A DNA stretch of 20,000 nucleotides from an uncultured virus (IMG/VR IMGVR_UViG_3300018412_000011) (lineage: Duplodnaviria > Heunggongvirae > Uroviricota > Caudoviricetes): IMG/VR virus record IMGVR_UViG_3300018412_000011. The stretch is one strand, 5' to 3'. The position numbers and the translations under genes are program-made. Shown here piece after piece: positions 8,220 through 16,519 of the stretch (its first letter is position 1; each line of letters starts with the position of its first letter). The notes under the pieces were generated by a model. That model made no database searches. It was not told the origin of the DNA and saw nothing but the letters and a program-made list of their open reading frames with translations.

Positions 8220-8969
8220 TTAAGAATAAAAGGTTTTGATCTCAAATATTAAGTTCATCGGATTTATTTCTATGCTTTTACTATCTTTAGGATAATAAAC
8301 CTCTCGTCGTTCATCATATTCGAAATCAGAAGACATATCTAACCTAATGTCCCCTTGAGTTTCTCGAATATCTTTCCCTAAAGTTTGTAGCATATTATAT
8401 TGTTGAGGCGTAGGTTTCCTATAAATATCTATTCCACAAAATGTCATGCTTTTGTCACAAACAATTCTTATTGCCCCTCTCATCATAAATTCTTGCATAC
8501 CCTTTGTAGATCCATCATAAATAGTTCTATGATCTTTTCTATCTCCATTCCCAGCATGGAAATCCATTCCTTCTCCATTGGGGAGAATGTAACCTACATG
8601 AGGCCAAAAAGTACTTCTAGGGGTTTCTTCTATCTTCTTTTCAAAATTTTCTTCCATTGTTAATTCTTTATAGGGTTCATAATATTCATCATGACCCGAT
8701 TCAACAATATCAAGAATTAAATCGCTTGCTTCTTCTAAAGAAGAACATATTTCATATTGTTTCCCTAAAACATTTGGGATAAAAACATTGTCATCTTCTT
8801 GCCATATGCTAACTAAATTTGCGTCTACTCCTCTTAAAATATACTCGCTGCCATTAACTTGCCAATCTGAATGATGAATAATAGATTGGCTAGAGTTTTC
8901 TCTGTTCATCGCTTCTTCCACACGAGAATATAAATTTTCAAATTTATTGGCTATTTTGTAAATTTTCAT
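8220..8969 (-). CDS. Hypothetical phage protein with a C-terminal GYILPxG...DHR...GAIRI...PTxQQ domain
   Basis: Intact 249-aa ORF with an ATGA overlap. From memory, the C-terminal motif pattern resembles domains in large polyvalent phage/MGE proteins. The N-terminus MKIYKI resembles the kinase N-terminus. Confidence 0.6.
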   Translation of the reverse strand: MKIYKIANKFENLYSRVEEAMNRENSSQSIIHHSDWQVNGSEYILRGVDANLVSIWQEDDNVFIPNVLGKQYEICSSLEEASDLILDIVESGHDEYYEPYKELTMEENFEKKIEETPRSTFWPHVGYILPNGEGMDFHAGNGDRKDHRTIYDGSTKGMQEFMMRGAIRIVCDKSMTFCGIDIYRKPTPQQYNMLQTLGKDIRETQGDIRLDMSSDFEYDERREVYYPKDSKSIEINPMNLIFEIKTFYS

Positions 8970-9997
8970 ATTGGGGATTCCATTATTTTTCTTGCATCAA
9001 CAAAACAATCAAATTTCCTCTTTAATCTTAAATCTGGATTATTCATATATAAATGTTCTGCCAGAAGAATAGAATTAAATGCATTCAACTTTAACGAACA
9101 TTGATTGTTGATTGTTCCATATATCCCTCTAATCTCTAACTCATGCTTGAGAGAATTTAAAAAATGAGGACTTGCACTCGTAAAGTAAGTCATGTATTTC
9201 TTTGAATTTTTGTCAAAAGTTATGCAACCATCGCCATCAAAATGACCCCTCACAAAATCAAAAAAATACTCATCAGGAATCTCTGGAAATTGCATAATTA
9301 ACGATTTTTTCTTACATCCCCCCAAACGCATTATATCTTTGCATATTCGGTTTGAATGAATTTCAATATTATGGTTGGCGCTTCTTTTATCTTTATAAAT
9401 AATATGATCGGAATCCATTTTTTCCAAAATGCTTTTTAAAATATATTTCTCATTTTGACTAATAGAAAATACGTTTTTATTTCTTATACATCCATCCGCA
9501 AACCAAAATCCTAAAACGTATGCCATATTGCTAGACCACTTACTAAAAAATAATTCATTTATTCTATACTTTCTTTGCCCTCCCGTTGGGTTTTTAACCC
9601 CCAACCAATCGGCCCAAGAAGTCCAACCCCTATTCTTGTATGTTCTACTAGGAAACGAAGGTATAAATTCAGGTCTATCACTTGATTTTGCATATTTCTT
9701 CCAATCGCAAAGAGATTGTAGTTTCACTTTGTTTTCGACATACTTTCGAGCTTCACTGTAAGGCAAAAAATTAGAATTTTTTTGCTTATTCGAAATATTA
9801 AAAGTTCCTAACCAATGTCCCCAAGAAACCCAACCCTTATCTTTGTATGTTATTTGAGGTTGTCTTGCCACCCCAAGAGGAAAATTCTTGCTTTTGACAT
9901 ATTTTTTTTGCCAATCATTGTAGCTTTTAATATTTTTATCTTTAATATCTTTTAAGACAATCTCATGAGCTTTTGAAAATGAATAAATTTCTTTCAT
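8966..9997 (-). CDS. LAGLIDADG homing endonuclease with N-terminal GWxSWxxWLG repeats
   Basis: Two LAGLIDADG motifs (AYVLGFWFADGCI and FVRGHFDGDGCI) plus a terminal LKRK. Two PxxTYKxxGWxSWxxWLG repeats resemble the phage-integrase repeat unit. Confidence 0.88.
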   Translation of the reverse strand: MKEIYSFSKAHEIVLKDIKDKNIKSYNDWQKKYVKSKNFPLGVARQPQITYKDKGWVSWGHWLGTFNISNKQKNSNFLPYSEARKYVENKVKLQSLCDWKKYAKSSDRPEFIPSFPSRTYKNRGWTSWADWLGVKNPTGGQRKYRINELFFSKWSSNMAYVLGFWFADGCIRNKNVFSISQNEKYILKSILEKMDSDHIIYKDKRSANHNIEIHSNRICKDIMRLGGCKKKSLIMQFPEIPDEYFFDFVRGHFDGDGCITFDKNSKKYMTYFTSASPHFLNSLKHELEIRGIYGTINNQCSLKLNAFNSILLAEHLYMNNPDLRLKRKFDCFVDARKIMESPI

Positions 9998-10003
9998 AAT
10001 TGC

Positions 10004-10031
10004 TTATTCAAAAATATTAACTAGATTCCTT
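10004..10031 (-). promoter_or_regulatory. Putative phage promoter motif, copy 3 (AAGGA-N17-GAATAA)
   Basis: Intergenic. ATG 9997 begins 12 nt after the second-box G. Confidence 0.55.
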
Positions 10032-10039
10032 TAAGCCAA

Positions 10040-10279
10040 CTAAAATAACATCTTGCCAAATCCACTTATTGTCTGGTTTACCCCAGGTTTTAATGCTGCA
10101 AAACGATAACGATTCTTCAAAGTTTCTAACTCTTCTTCTGTTAAGTCTTCAAAGTCTTTTCCTTCAGGCAAAAATTCTTTCTCTGCCTGATAAAAAATTT
10201 CAAGTTCTTTGGGAATTTCATCATTTAATTCCACTGGTTCTCTTGGTTTAAGATTCGGGTTGAAGGGTAAAAAATCCAT
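10040..10279 (-). CDS. Small acidic hypothetical protein (79 aa)
   Basis: Intact ORF bracketed by two promoter-like motifs, with protein-like composition. Confidence 0.7.
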   Translation of the reverse strand: MDFLPFNPNLKPREPVELNDEIPKELEIFYQAEKEFLPEGKDFEDLTEEELETLKNRYRFAALKPGVNQTISGFGKMLF

Positions 10280-10285
10280 GCCCCT

Positions 10286-10313
10286 TTATTCTTATTTTTA
10301 ATCTATTTTCCCT
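10286..10313 (-). promoter_or_regulatory. Putative phage promoter motif, copy 4 (AGGGA-N17-GAATAA)
   Basis: Intergenic. ATG 10279 begins 12 nt after the second-box G. Confidence 0.55.
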
Positions 10314-10329
10314 TGAATTTAAACGCATA

Positions 10330-10920
10330 TTAAAATAACTTCAAATATTGTTCTACATCATAATCGCTAAAACAAAATAAATATGTTCGATATTTGTTTT
10401 TGGAACTATTTTCTCAACTGTTTCGTAAGCAACAACAGAAGCTAATTCAATAGGAAAAGCATGACCTCCCGTTCCTAAAGAAGGGAAAGCAATGCTTTTT
10501 ATATTATGTTGATCTGCAAGACGCAAACAAAATTCATAACATTTTGCCAAATCTTCATCCAAACCTTCTTCGGCTGGTTTATAAATATCTTCAATGTTTG
10601 ACCAAGCATCAACCCCTAAATCTTCTACCGAATTTACAGGAGTCATTCTCCCCTATCCATTTCGGTGCTACTGTATGTATTACATGTTTACAAGGCAAAT
10701 TAAAGGCATCAGTAATATATGCCTCTCCCACTTTGCATCTGATTCCTAACTCTTGTTCGGGGATCTCCCTACAAGCTTGTAGTAGTCTGGGTCCTGCGGC
10801 TCTATGTATTGCTCCGTCAACGCCTCCACCCCCCCCCATTAATGCAGCATGAGCGGCATTTACAATACAATCTACTGGCATTGTTGTAATATCTCTTTTA
10901 ACTAATTGTATATCTCTCAT
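10330..10920 (-). pseudogene. Macrodomain (YmdB/MacroD-like ADP-ribose hydrolase) gene broken by frameshifts, or affected by sequencing indels
   Basis: The 5' part has DIT...DCIVNAA...[15 protein letters not shown]...GEAYIT...VIHTVAP. The 3' part (CY...KSIAFPSLGTGGHAFP) is in another frame, joined by removing one base at C10650-10653. A second indel near 10369-10377 would restore a ...FSDYDVEQYLKLF* ending at 10330. Confidence 0.8.
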
Positions 10921-10925
10921 GTTGA

Positions 10926-10953
10926 ATTATACATTAACTTTTTATTTCGACAA
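10926..10953 (-). promoter_or_regulatory. Possible sigma70-type promoter (TTGTCG-16-TATAAT) for the macrodomain gene, near-leaderless
   Basis: Perfect TATAAT 5 nt before ATG 10920. The -35 box is only a partial match. Confidence 0.35.
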
Positions 10954-10968
10954 AGTATATTTAACATT

Positions 10969-11523
10969 ATGAGTAATGTTTCAGTAGCTCTAATAGGAGA
11001 ACCAGAAAAACCCAAATTTCAATCTAATGTTGAATGTTGCAAAATATTATATAATAATTTCATAAACTATGACAAGGAACCATATCTCAACAGGTATGGA
11101 GATTCAGAATACTTATTTTTAGATTTTTATTTATTAAAAATTAAAATGCCTAGGGGTTTTGGGAACTCCTATGCTATTAAAGAAATCATCAAGGATCAGT
11201 CCAATAAAGAATTTCTTATTGTTTCCACCAATTATGACCAAAAAAGAAATATGGTTGAAATGTTCATGAATGATTCTGCATTCTCTTTAGATGAACATTC
11301 TTATGATTCTAACAGAAAAACATTCAGAATTCATAATCAAAACGTTTTTGTTGATTTTACTACACAAGGATTTGAAAGATATGATCATGAATTACGAGCA
11401 CAAAGAATTAAGTATTTCATATTTGACAACCCAAGTGGTATGGATGAAAGAAAAATAGCAAGTAATGTTCGTTTATTTTCTCGAAACGGAATTTGGCCTC
11501 ATGTTGCCGTTTTCGGGCATTAA
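10969..11523 (+). CDS. Hypothetical protein with degenerate P-loop NTPase-like motifs (184 aa from ATG 10969)
   Basis: Only credible plus-strand gene, filling the gap between minus-strand genes. KMPRGFGNS is Walker A-like without the Lys, followed by FLIVS and YFIFDN (Walker B-like). The ORF-track start overlaps the macrodomain start, so the second Met is preferred. Confidence 0.6.
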   Translation: MSNVSVALIGEPEKPKFQSNVECCKILYNNFINYDKEPYLNRYGDSEYLFLDFYLLKIKMPRGFGNSYAIKEIIKDQSNKEFLIVSTNYDQKRNMVEMFMNDSAFSLDEHSYDSNRKTFRIHNQNVFVDFTTQGFERYDHELRAQRIKYFIFDNPSGMDERKIASNVRLFSRNGIWPHVAVFGH

Positions 11524-11525
11524 AA

Positions 11526-12260
11526 TCATTTAGATTTATCTCGAATGTTTACTTGATTCGAAACAAGATTCCGTTTATAATCCATACCAACAAAATCAGA
11601 AAGTTTTTGTAAATGGCAATCTTCAAACAAGTGAGGGAATTTAATTTCAAAACAAGTATCTTTGTCTGTTAATTCTTTTAGCTTATCCCATCGCATCCTA
11701 GTTTCATCCCAATTCCACTTTAATTTATCTTCAAAAGAAAGTTTTTCCCATAAACCTAAATCAATTCTATTTATGGTGCTTGCATCGGAGGGATGATAAA
11801 AAATAATTTGCCAACTTCTTCCAACTTTTTCTCCCCCTTTTAATCTATCCATATAAGAGGCAGCAACCTCATTACGGTCTCTTTCTATGTAAATGATCTT
11901 TGTTTTACATTTGGTTAAATCTTTTCCAAAAGCCACATGTCTAGCAATATTCATATTGGAACTAAAAAAGTTCGAAGTTTTAGGGTAAATATCAACAACT
12001 TCTTTAACCATATTGTTAATGAATTGGGCCTGTCTTTCAAGAGTTTCTTTTTCTAAAATGTTCTGCTTTTTTAACAATTTAACAGGAACATTAAATCCTT
12101 TTTCATGAGAGATTACAAAAGAATCATTATTTCTAAATAACAACGAGTTTTTATTAGACGAATTCCATTTTTGATGAGAAAATATTTGAGCTAAATATGC
12201 TGTTCCGCACCTACCTGTTGAAAAGACTAAATTGCAATTTACTTTTGAGATATTATCCAT
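11526..12260 (-). CDS. Sulfotransferase-family protein
   Basis: FSTGRCGTAYLAQIF (5'-PSB-like), SHE, IYIERDRNEVAASY (3'-PB-like), and FEIKFPHL...LSDFVG. Confidence 0.72.
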   Translation of the reverse strand: MDNISKVNCNLVFSTGRCGTAYLAQIFSHQKWNSSNKNSLLFRNNDSFVISHEKGFNVPVKLLKKQNILEKETLERQAQFINNMVKEVVDIYPKTSNFFSSNMNIARHVAFGKDLTKCKTKIIYIERDRNEVAASYMDRLKGGEKVGRSWQIIFYHPSDASTINRIDLGLWEKLSFEDKLKWNWDETRMRWDKLKELTDKDTCFEIKFPHLFEDCHLQKLSDFVGMDYKRNLVSNQVNIRDKSK

Positions 12261-13194
12261 TTTCTTTTCCCACTATTTCAAACAATTTTTTGAAGTTTTT
12301 TGCTTTTTCTTTCCATGTCCAATCTTTTTCTATAATCTCTCTATTACGTTCTCCCATTTTTAAACCCAATTCTCTATTTACGTATAAAGAAAGAATTTTA
12401 GCTTCAAATTGATCGATTGTTTTTTCTAAATCATCTTCATCATTATACTCATTAATTAAAAATCCATTCTCTCCATCTTTAATAACTTCGGAAATTGCTC
12501 CCACATTTGTGCTAATCAAAGGCTTACCACATGAAGCGGCCTCAAACATTGGGTTAGGAGTTCCTTCTCGATAAGAAGTGCAAATTTGAACATCAACATC
12601 ATTATAAAAATCTGGCATCTCTTCATAAGGTCGAGCATTAAAATATTTATTTGATAAAACTTTAAATTCAATATGAGGATGCTTTTTCATTCTTTCTTTC
12701 AAAGGCTTCAAAACCATATGAAATCCCTTGATATCAATACGATTGTGATTTTCTAAAGTTAATCCTCCCTTTGTCTCTTGCCCAACCCATCCTACAACAA
12801 ATTTCTTTTCTGGCTTTTTTACTCTTGGGGTAAACAAATCTTCGTGAACCCCATTGGGGGCGTAAATAACTTTGTCTGTATACCTAGAAACAATTTTATA
12901 TAATTTTTGAGAGTTAGCGGTTAAATATTTAAACTTAGGAAAAAAATCTTCAGCTCTTTGATCACGAAACTCAAAATTATGGCTACAAACCCCAGCAGTT
13001 ACTTTTTCTGCACAAAAAGTAGCGGGAAGCCATCCCATAGAATGAATATGATCATAATTGCCACTATTTATAGTTGAATTACCTTTTAATTTCTTCTTAG
13101 AAAAACTATATTCAGGTAAATATTTCATGATTGCAGAAGCATTACGATCCCAAGCCCAATTAGGTACATCTATTAATAATAATATATTTTTCAT
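12253..13194 (-). CDS. GT4 (GT-B, Glycos_transf_1) glycosyltransferase
   Basis: PNGV, VGWVG, KG, and MPDFYN...SYREGTPNPMFEAASCGKPLISTNVG (EX7E). Confidence 0.92.
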   Translation of the reverse strand: MKNILLLIDVPNWAWDRNASAIMKYLPEYSFSKKKLKGNSTINSGNYDHIHSMGWLPATFCAEKVTAGVCSHNFEFRDQRAEDFFPKFKYLTANSQKLYKIVSRYTDKVIYAPNGVHEDLFTPRVKKPEKKFVVGWVGQETKGGLTLENHNRIDIKGFHMVLKPLKERMKKHPHIEFKVLSNKYFNARPYEEMPDFYNDVDVQICTSYREGTPNPMFEAASCGKPLISTNVGAISEVIKDGENGFLINEYNDEDDLEKTIDQFEAKILSLYVNRELGLKMGERNREIIEKDWTWKEKAKNFKKLFEIVGKENG

Positions 13195-14135
13195 ATGAGG
13201 GGGTTCCTTAAAAAATTATCTACAATTTTCAAAAAACGATCCGCGTATTTATCTTGAGTATAATTCGAACTCCAAGAAAAACCTTTCTGAAGCATTTCTT
13301 TCTGTTTTTTTTCATCTTCTAGCATCCGTCCTATCTTCTCAATAATAACTTCATCAGAATCTGAGGGATTTAATTCTAACATAAAGTCTCTAAAGTTTTC
13401 TTGATCTTCGTCAGGAATATCTCCTGCTAAGATTGATCCACACATGGGAATTTCTACATATTTCCCCAATCGATATTTATAAGCGCTACTACAAGTTAAA
13501 GTAATTTTAGAGGAATTAATAAGTTTTGCATAATCTTCTCCCATCAACCCTTTCGTTTTGTTCCTATTGCCCCCAGGATGATCTAGCACTTTACAATTAA
13601 AAAGAGATTTTAGCTTACTATTTGTTAAACGTTTAAGCCGAGTCCTAAACGGATAATGTTTATTACCCGTTGCCCCCGTAAAAAGAACATCATATATTTT
13701 TTCTTCTTCATAGTCCTTATAAATATTCTCATTAGCAGAATGAGGAATGTGTTTAAAAACTACATCATTGATATGTTTATACTTAGGAATGTCATTTTGG
13801 TGATGGGCTATAATTAAGTTGAGCTTATTTTTTTCAATCTCTTCAGTCCATCTCTTTATAGGCCACATTTCATTATATCTCATGCAAGTAGGAACTTCAA
13901 CGTTGCAAAAATCTATATATTGATCAGGTTTATAAACAACCACAATATCAGGACAAGATCCCTTATATATCTTGTCAATATTTTTTTGAACAGAAAGGTT
14001 GGAATTATAGTTGTCCCAACCTACACCACTATAAATTAAATCAGATTTTTTAGATATAGCTTCAATACTGTCAAACCTAACCCTTGACATTTTGTTTTGA
14101 ATATAGTTTTTTCCACATAAATATAAAATTTTCAT
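13191..14135 (-). CDS. GT-B glycosyltransferase (Glyco_trans_1_2 / CgeB-like)
   Basis: YDVLFTG...YPFR, GEDYAKLINSSKI, KYVEIPMCGS. Confidence 0.8.
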   Translation of the reverse strand: MKILYLCGKNYIQNKMSRVRFDSIEAISKKSDLIYSGVGWDNYNSNLSVQKNIDKIYKGSCPDIVVVYKPDQYIDFCNVEVPTCMRYNEMWPIKRWTEEIEKNKLNLIIAHHQNDIPKYKHINDVVFKHIPHSANENIYKDYEEEKIYDVLFTGATGNKHYPFRTRLKRLTNSKLKSLFNCKVLDHPGGNRNKTKGLMGEDYAKLINSSKITLTCSSAYKYRLGKYVEIPMCGSILAGDIPDEDQENFRDFMLELNPSDSDEVIIEKIGRMLEDEKKQKEMLQKGFSWSSNYTQDKYADRFLKIVDNFLRNPLI

Positions 14136-14818
14136 TTCTTCTCCATTTTATGAAGCCTACTGTGTTCTGAAAAAGTCAAAGTAAATAACTTTTGTTTTTC
14201 TAAAACTTTCCTAATAAAAATATCGTAATCCGAAGTATTTTTTGTTCCATTTCCGTAAATCAACAAAATGCCATTTTTCTTAAGAACTCTGTGTGCCTCC
14301 TTAAAAAAATCAACAAAAGCCTTCTCCATTTTACTATCTAAAGACCAAATTAGCTTATTACAATTTTTATGTTCTTTATGAGGAACTCCTATTAAATAAT
14401 TTCTAAAAATTTGTTCAATTGATCCTTGAGAATTGATAACTCCAAAAGTTTCATCTTCAAACGGAAACTTACCTAAATTTTCAACTCCGACATAACGTAC
14501 ATCTAGCTTTTGTCTTTTGGTCATAAGACTAGCAAGCTTCATATATTCATTTCCCATTTCAGAGTCCCCTAACAAAGCATCAATCCCAATACCATCGCAA
14601 CCTCTGTCCCTGCATACCTCCAAAAATTCCCCAGGTCCTGGCCCTAAATCTAAAACTTTAGTCCCATTTTCCATTTCAGATAAATATTTATCAACATAAT
14701 TTTGTTTTTCTTTAATCCGCTTACTTCTATTATACTTTTTGCTAACATAAGGATCTTGCATGATCTGCTTAAATTCTTTTTCCCATGTTTCGTCAGGTAC
14801 TGGTAATAAATCTATCAT
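14132..14818 (-). CDS. Class I SAM-dependent methyltransferase
   Basis: Motif I VLDLGPGPGEF, GIGID, FPFEDETF, and EAHRVLKKNG. Confidence 0.88.
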   Translation of the reverse strand: MIDLLPVPDETWEKEFKQIMQDPYVSKKYNRSKRIKEKQNYVDKYLSEMENGTKVLDLGPGPGEFLEVCRDRGCDGIGIDALLGDSEMGNEYMKLASLMTKRQKLDVRYVGVENLGKFPFEDETFGVINSQGSIEQIFRNYLIGVPHKEHKNCNKLIWSLDSKMEKAFVDFFKEAHRVLKKNGILLIYGNGTKNTSDYDIFIRKVLEKQKLFTLTFSEHSRLHKMEKK

Positions 14819-14862
14819 AACTATTAATCATCTTTACATTTAATTTGCATTTTCCATTATCT

Positions 14863-15744
14863 TTAAATCATATCGAACATTTCTTCATATTTTCCGATAG
14901 CTTTTTCCCAACCCCAATTTTCACTAACCTCTTGATATATGGCTTTACTCATTTTTTCATTAATCTCATGCAAAGCATTTTTTAGAGAAAAATGATTTCT
15001 ATCAATAAGAATGCCACTTTTACCTTGTTCAATTAATTCTTCAGCAACTCCTACTTTCGTTGAGATTAAAGGAACTCCCATCGCCCCTGCCTCTAATAAA
15101 GGATTTTGCAACCCTTCACTTTTTGAAAAGCAAACATAAGCATTTAAACCTGCATAGAAATCGGGCATTTGTTCAAATGGGATTTTCTTTTTCCCATAAT
15201 ATGCCGTTTTCAAATAAATTCCCAATTCATCACAAACTTTTTTTACTTCATCAAATCCCTTTTGCCCATGAGAACCGGGTCTTCCAGCCATACCCACAAC
15301 AAACCTCTTATTCAAAGGTCTATCCTTTTTTTTGAATAAATCTAAATTAACCCCATGAGGACATTTTAAAAGAGGCTTATCTGTAACAATATCTTTAAAC
15401 ACATCATATTGTCGATTAGTTAAAACATGAAATACTGAACATTTATCTTTTATGTCCGAACATCTTCCTGTCCATCCTTTTTCATAAAGCCCTTTTGCTC
15501 CTTCAGGATGGTCTTGATAAAGAAATTCACATCGAAGTCCCATAATAACTTTTTCTTTAGGAGGATACTTAAAAGGCATTGGATCTAAAACATAAACAAT
15601 ATCGTATTCTTTAGCTTTCTCGAAGATGTTGTCATGTTTAACATATGCAATATCGCAATTGAATTTTGAACGCTTTTTAATCTCTTGACAATGATTGTCA
15701 AAAGCCCATCCCCTACAATCTGCAACTAATAATATTTTTTTCAT
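14863..15744 (-). CDS. GT4 (GT-B) glycosyltransferase, related to 12253..13194
   Basis: PHGV, VGMAG, KG, and MPDFYA...SKSEGLQNPLLEAGAMGVPLISTKVG. N-terminus ILLxxDxxxWAxD shared with 12253..13194. Confidence 0.92.
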   Translation of the reverse strand: MKKILLVADCRGWAFDNHCQEIKKRSKFNCDIAYVKHDNIFEKAKEYDIVYVLDPMPFKYPPKEKVIMGLRCEFLYQDHPEGAKGLYEKGWTGRCSDIKDKCSVFHVLTNRQYDVFKDIVTDKPLLKCPHGVNLDLFKKKDRPLNKRFVVGMAGRPGSHGQKGFDEVKKVCDELGIYLKTAYYGKKKIPFEQMPDFYAGLNAYVCFSKSEGLQNPLLEAGAMGVPLISTKVGVAEELIEQGKSGILIDRNHFSLKNALHEINEKMSKAIYQEVSENWGWEKAIGKYEEMFDMI

Positions 15745-15745
15745 T

Positions 15746-16003
15746 TCATGGCTCTCTATAATCTTCTATTGCGTTTAAATCTATTTCAAACCCACACTCG
15801 GTACATCTAACATTAAACTCATTTACGCAGTTTGAACAAGGGGGATTAATATGACAAGAACAATTTTCTGGTGCAACAAGTTGCATATATCCTTGACAAA
15901 ATGCTTGAGGACATCTCTCTCCTTCTTCAATTTTTTTTAAAACTTCAAAAGGAACATAGCCATCGAAAAAATCAGTATCAATTATTGTTTCTTTTTCTTC
16001 CAT
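15746..16003 (-). CDS. Small Cys-rich (probable Zn-binding) phage hypothetical protein
   Basis: CPQAFC...CSCHINPPCSNC...CTECG pattern. Confidence 0.7.
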   Translation of the reverse strand: MEEKETIIDTDFFDGYVPFEVLKKIEEGERCPQAFCQGYMQLVAPENCSCHINPPCSNCVNEFNVRCTECGFEIDLNAIEDYREP

Positions 16004-16164
16004 TTTTCTAAATCGAATTGTTTTTCAACAGGCAATATAGCATTTTCAAGTTCCAACCTACTTAAGACTGATCTACAAAAAGTCTTCCAACCTAATTCAT
16101 GATCAATAGCTTCTTCACATTCTCTCATTACTAATTTAATTGATGGATGTATGTCTTCATTCAT
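15982..16164 (-). CDS. Small hypothetical protein (60 aa); possibly the 5' part of the Cys-rich gene
   Basis: ATGA overlap with the upstream gene and a 22-nt overlap with the downstream ORF. Confidence 0.55.
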   Translation of the reverse strand: MNEDIHPSIKLVMRECEEAIDHELGWKTFCRSVLSRLELENAILPVEKQFDLEKWKKKKQ

Positions 16165-16517
16165 ATTTTCTCTCTTAAGATTCTGTTAACTTCTTCTAAT
16201 GAAATTTCTTGTACAATTTTTAAATTATTTGACAAAACCCAAGCACCACCTTGGTGTTCTGGTCTATCAAAAGTAGTAAAATCTTTTACTTCTACCTCTG
16301 CCCATATTCGATTTTTTCCCACTCCATCTCCTCCTACTTCTAAATGAGGAGCTAAAGGGGTAAAAGTACAATGCCACCCCGGGCGGTAAGCAAATCCTTT
16401 TTTTCTATAGCCTTTGGCTTTCATCCACTCTCCAACAGGCAATTTAGCCCTAGAGTTTATAAATAAAGAACCCAAAGTTCCATCTTTTCTTTTTTTAAAA
16501 ATTTTATACGCTTTCAT
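16161..16517 (-). CDS. Phage-type hypothetical protein (118 aa)
   Basis: AYKIF...DGTLGSLFIN...GEW...FAYRPGWHC...APHL...RIWAEVE pattern, recalled from phage hypothetical proteins. Confidence 0.75.
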   Translation of the reverse strand: MKAYKIFKKRKDGTLGSLFINSRAKLPVGEWMKAKGYRKKGFAYRPGWHCTFTPLAPHLEVGGDGVGKNRIWAEVEVKDFTTFDRPEHQGGAWVLSNNLKIVQEISLEEVNRILREKI

Positions 16518-16519
16518 AT

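Noticed and set aside
575..9997. Group I introns or inteins hosting the two endonucleases
   Set aside because: Flanking non-coding gaps are under about 50 nt, the neighbours look like complete genes, and no intein splice motifs are visible.
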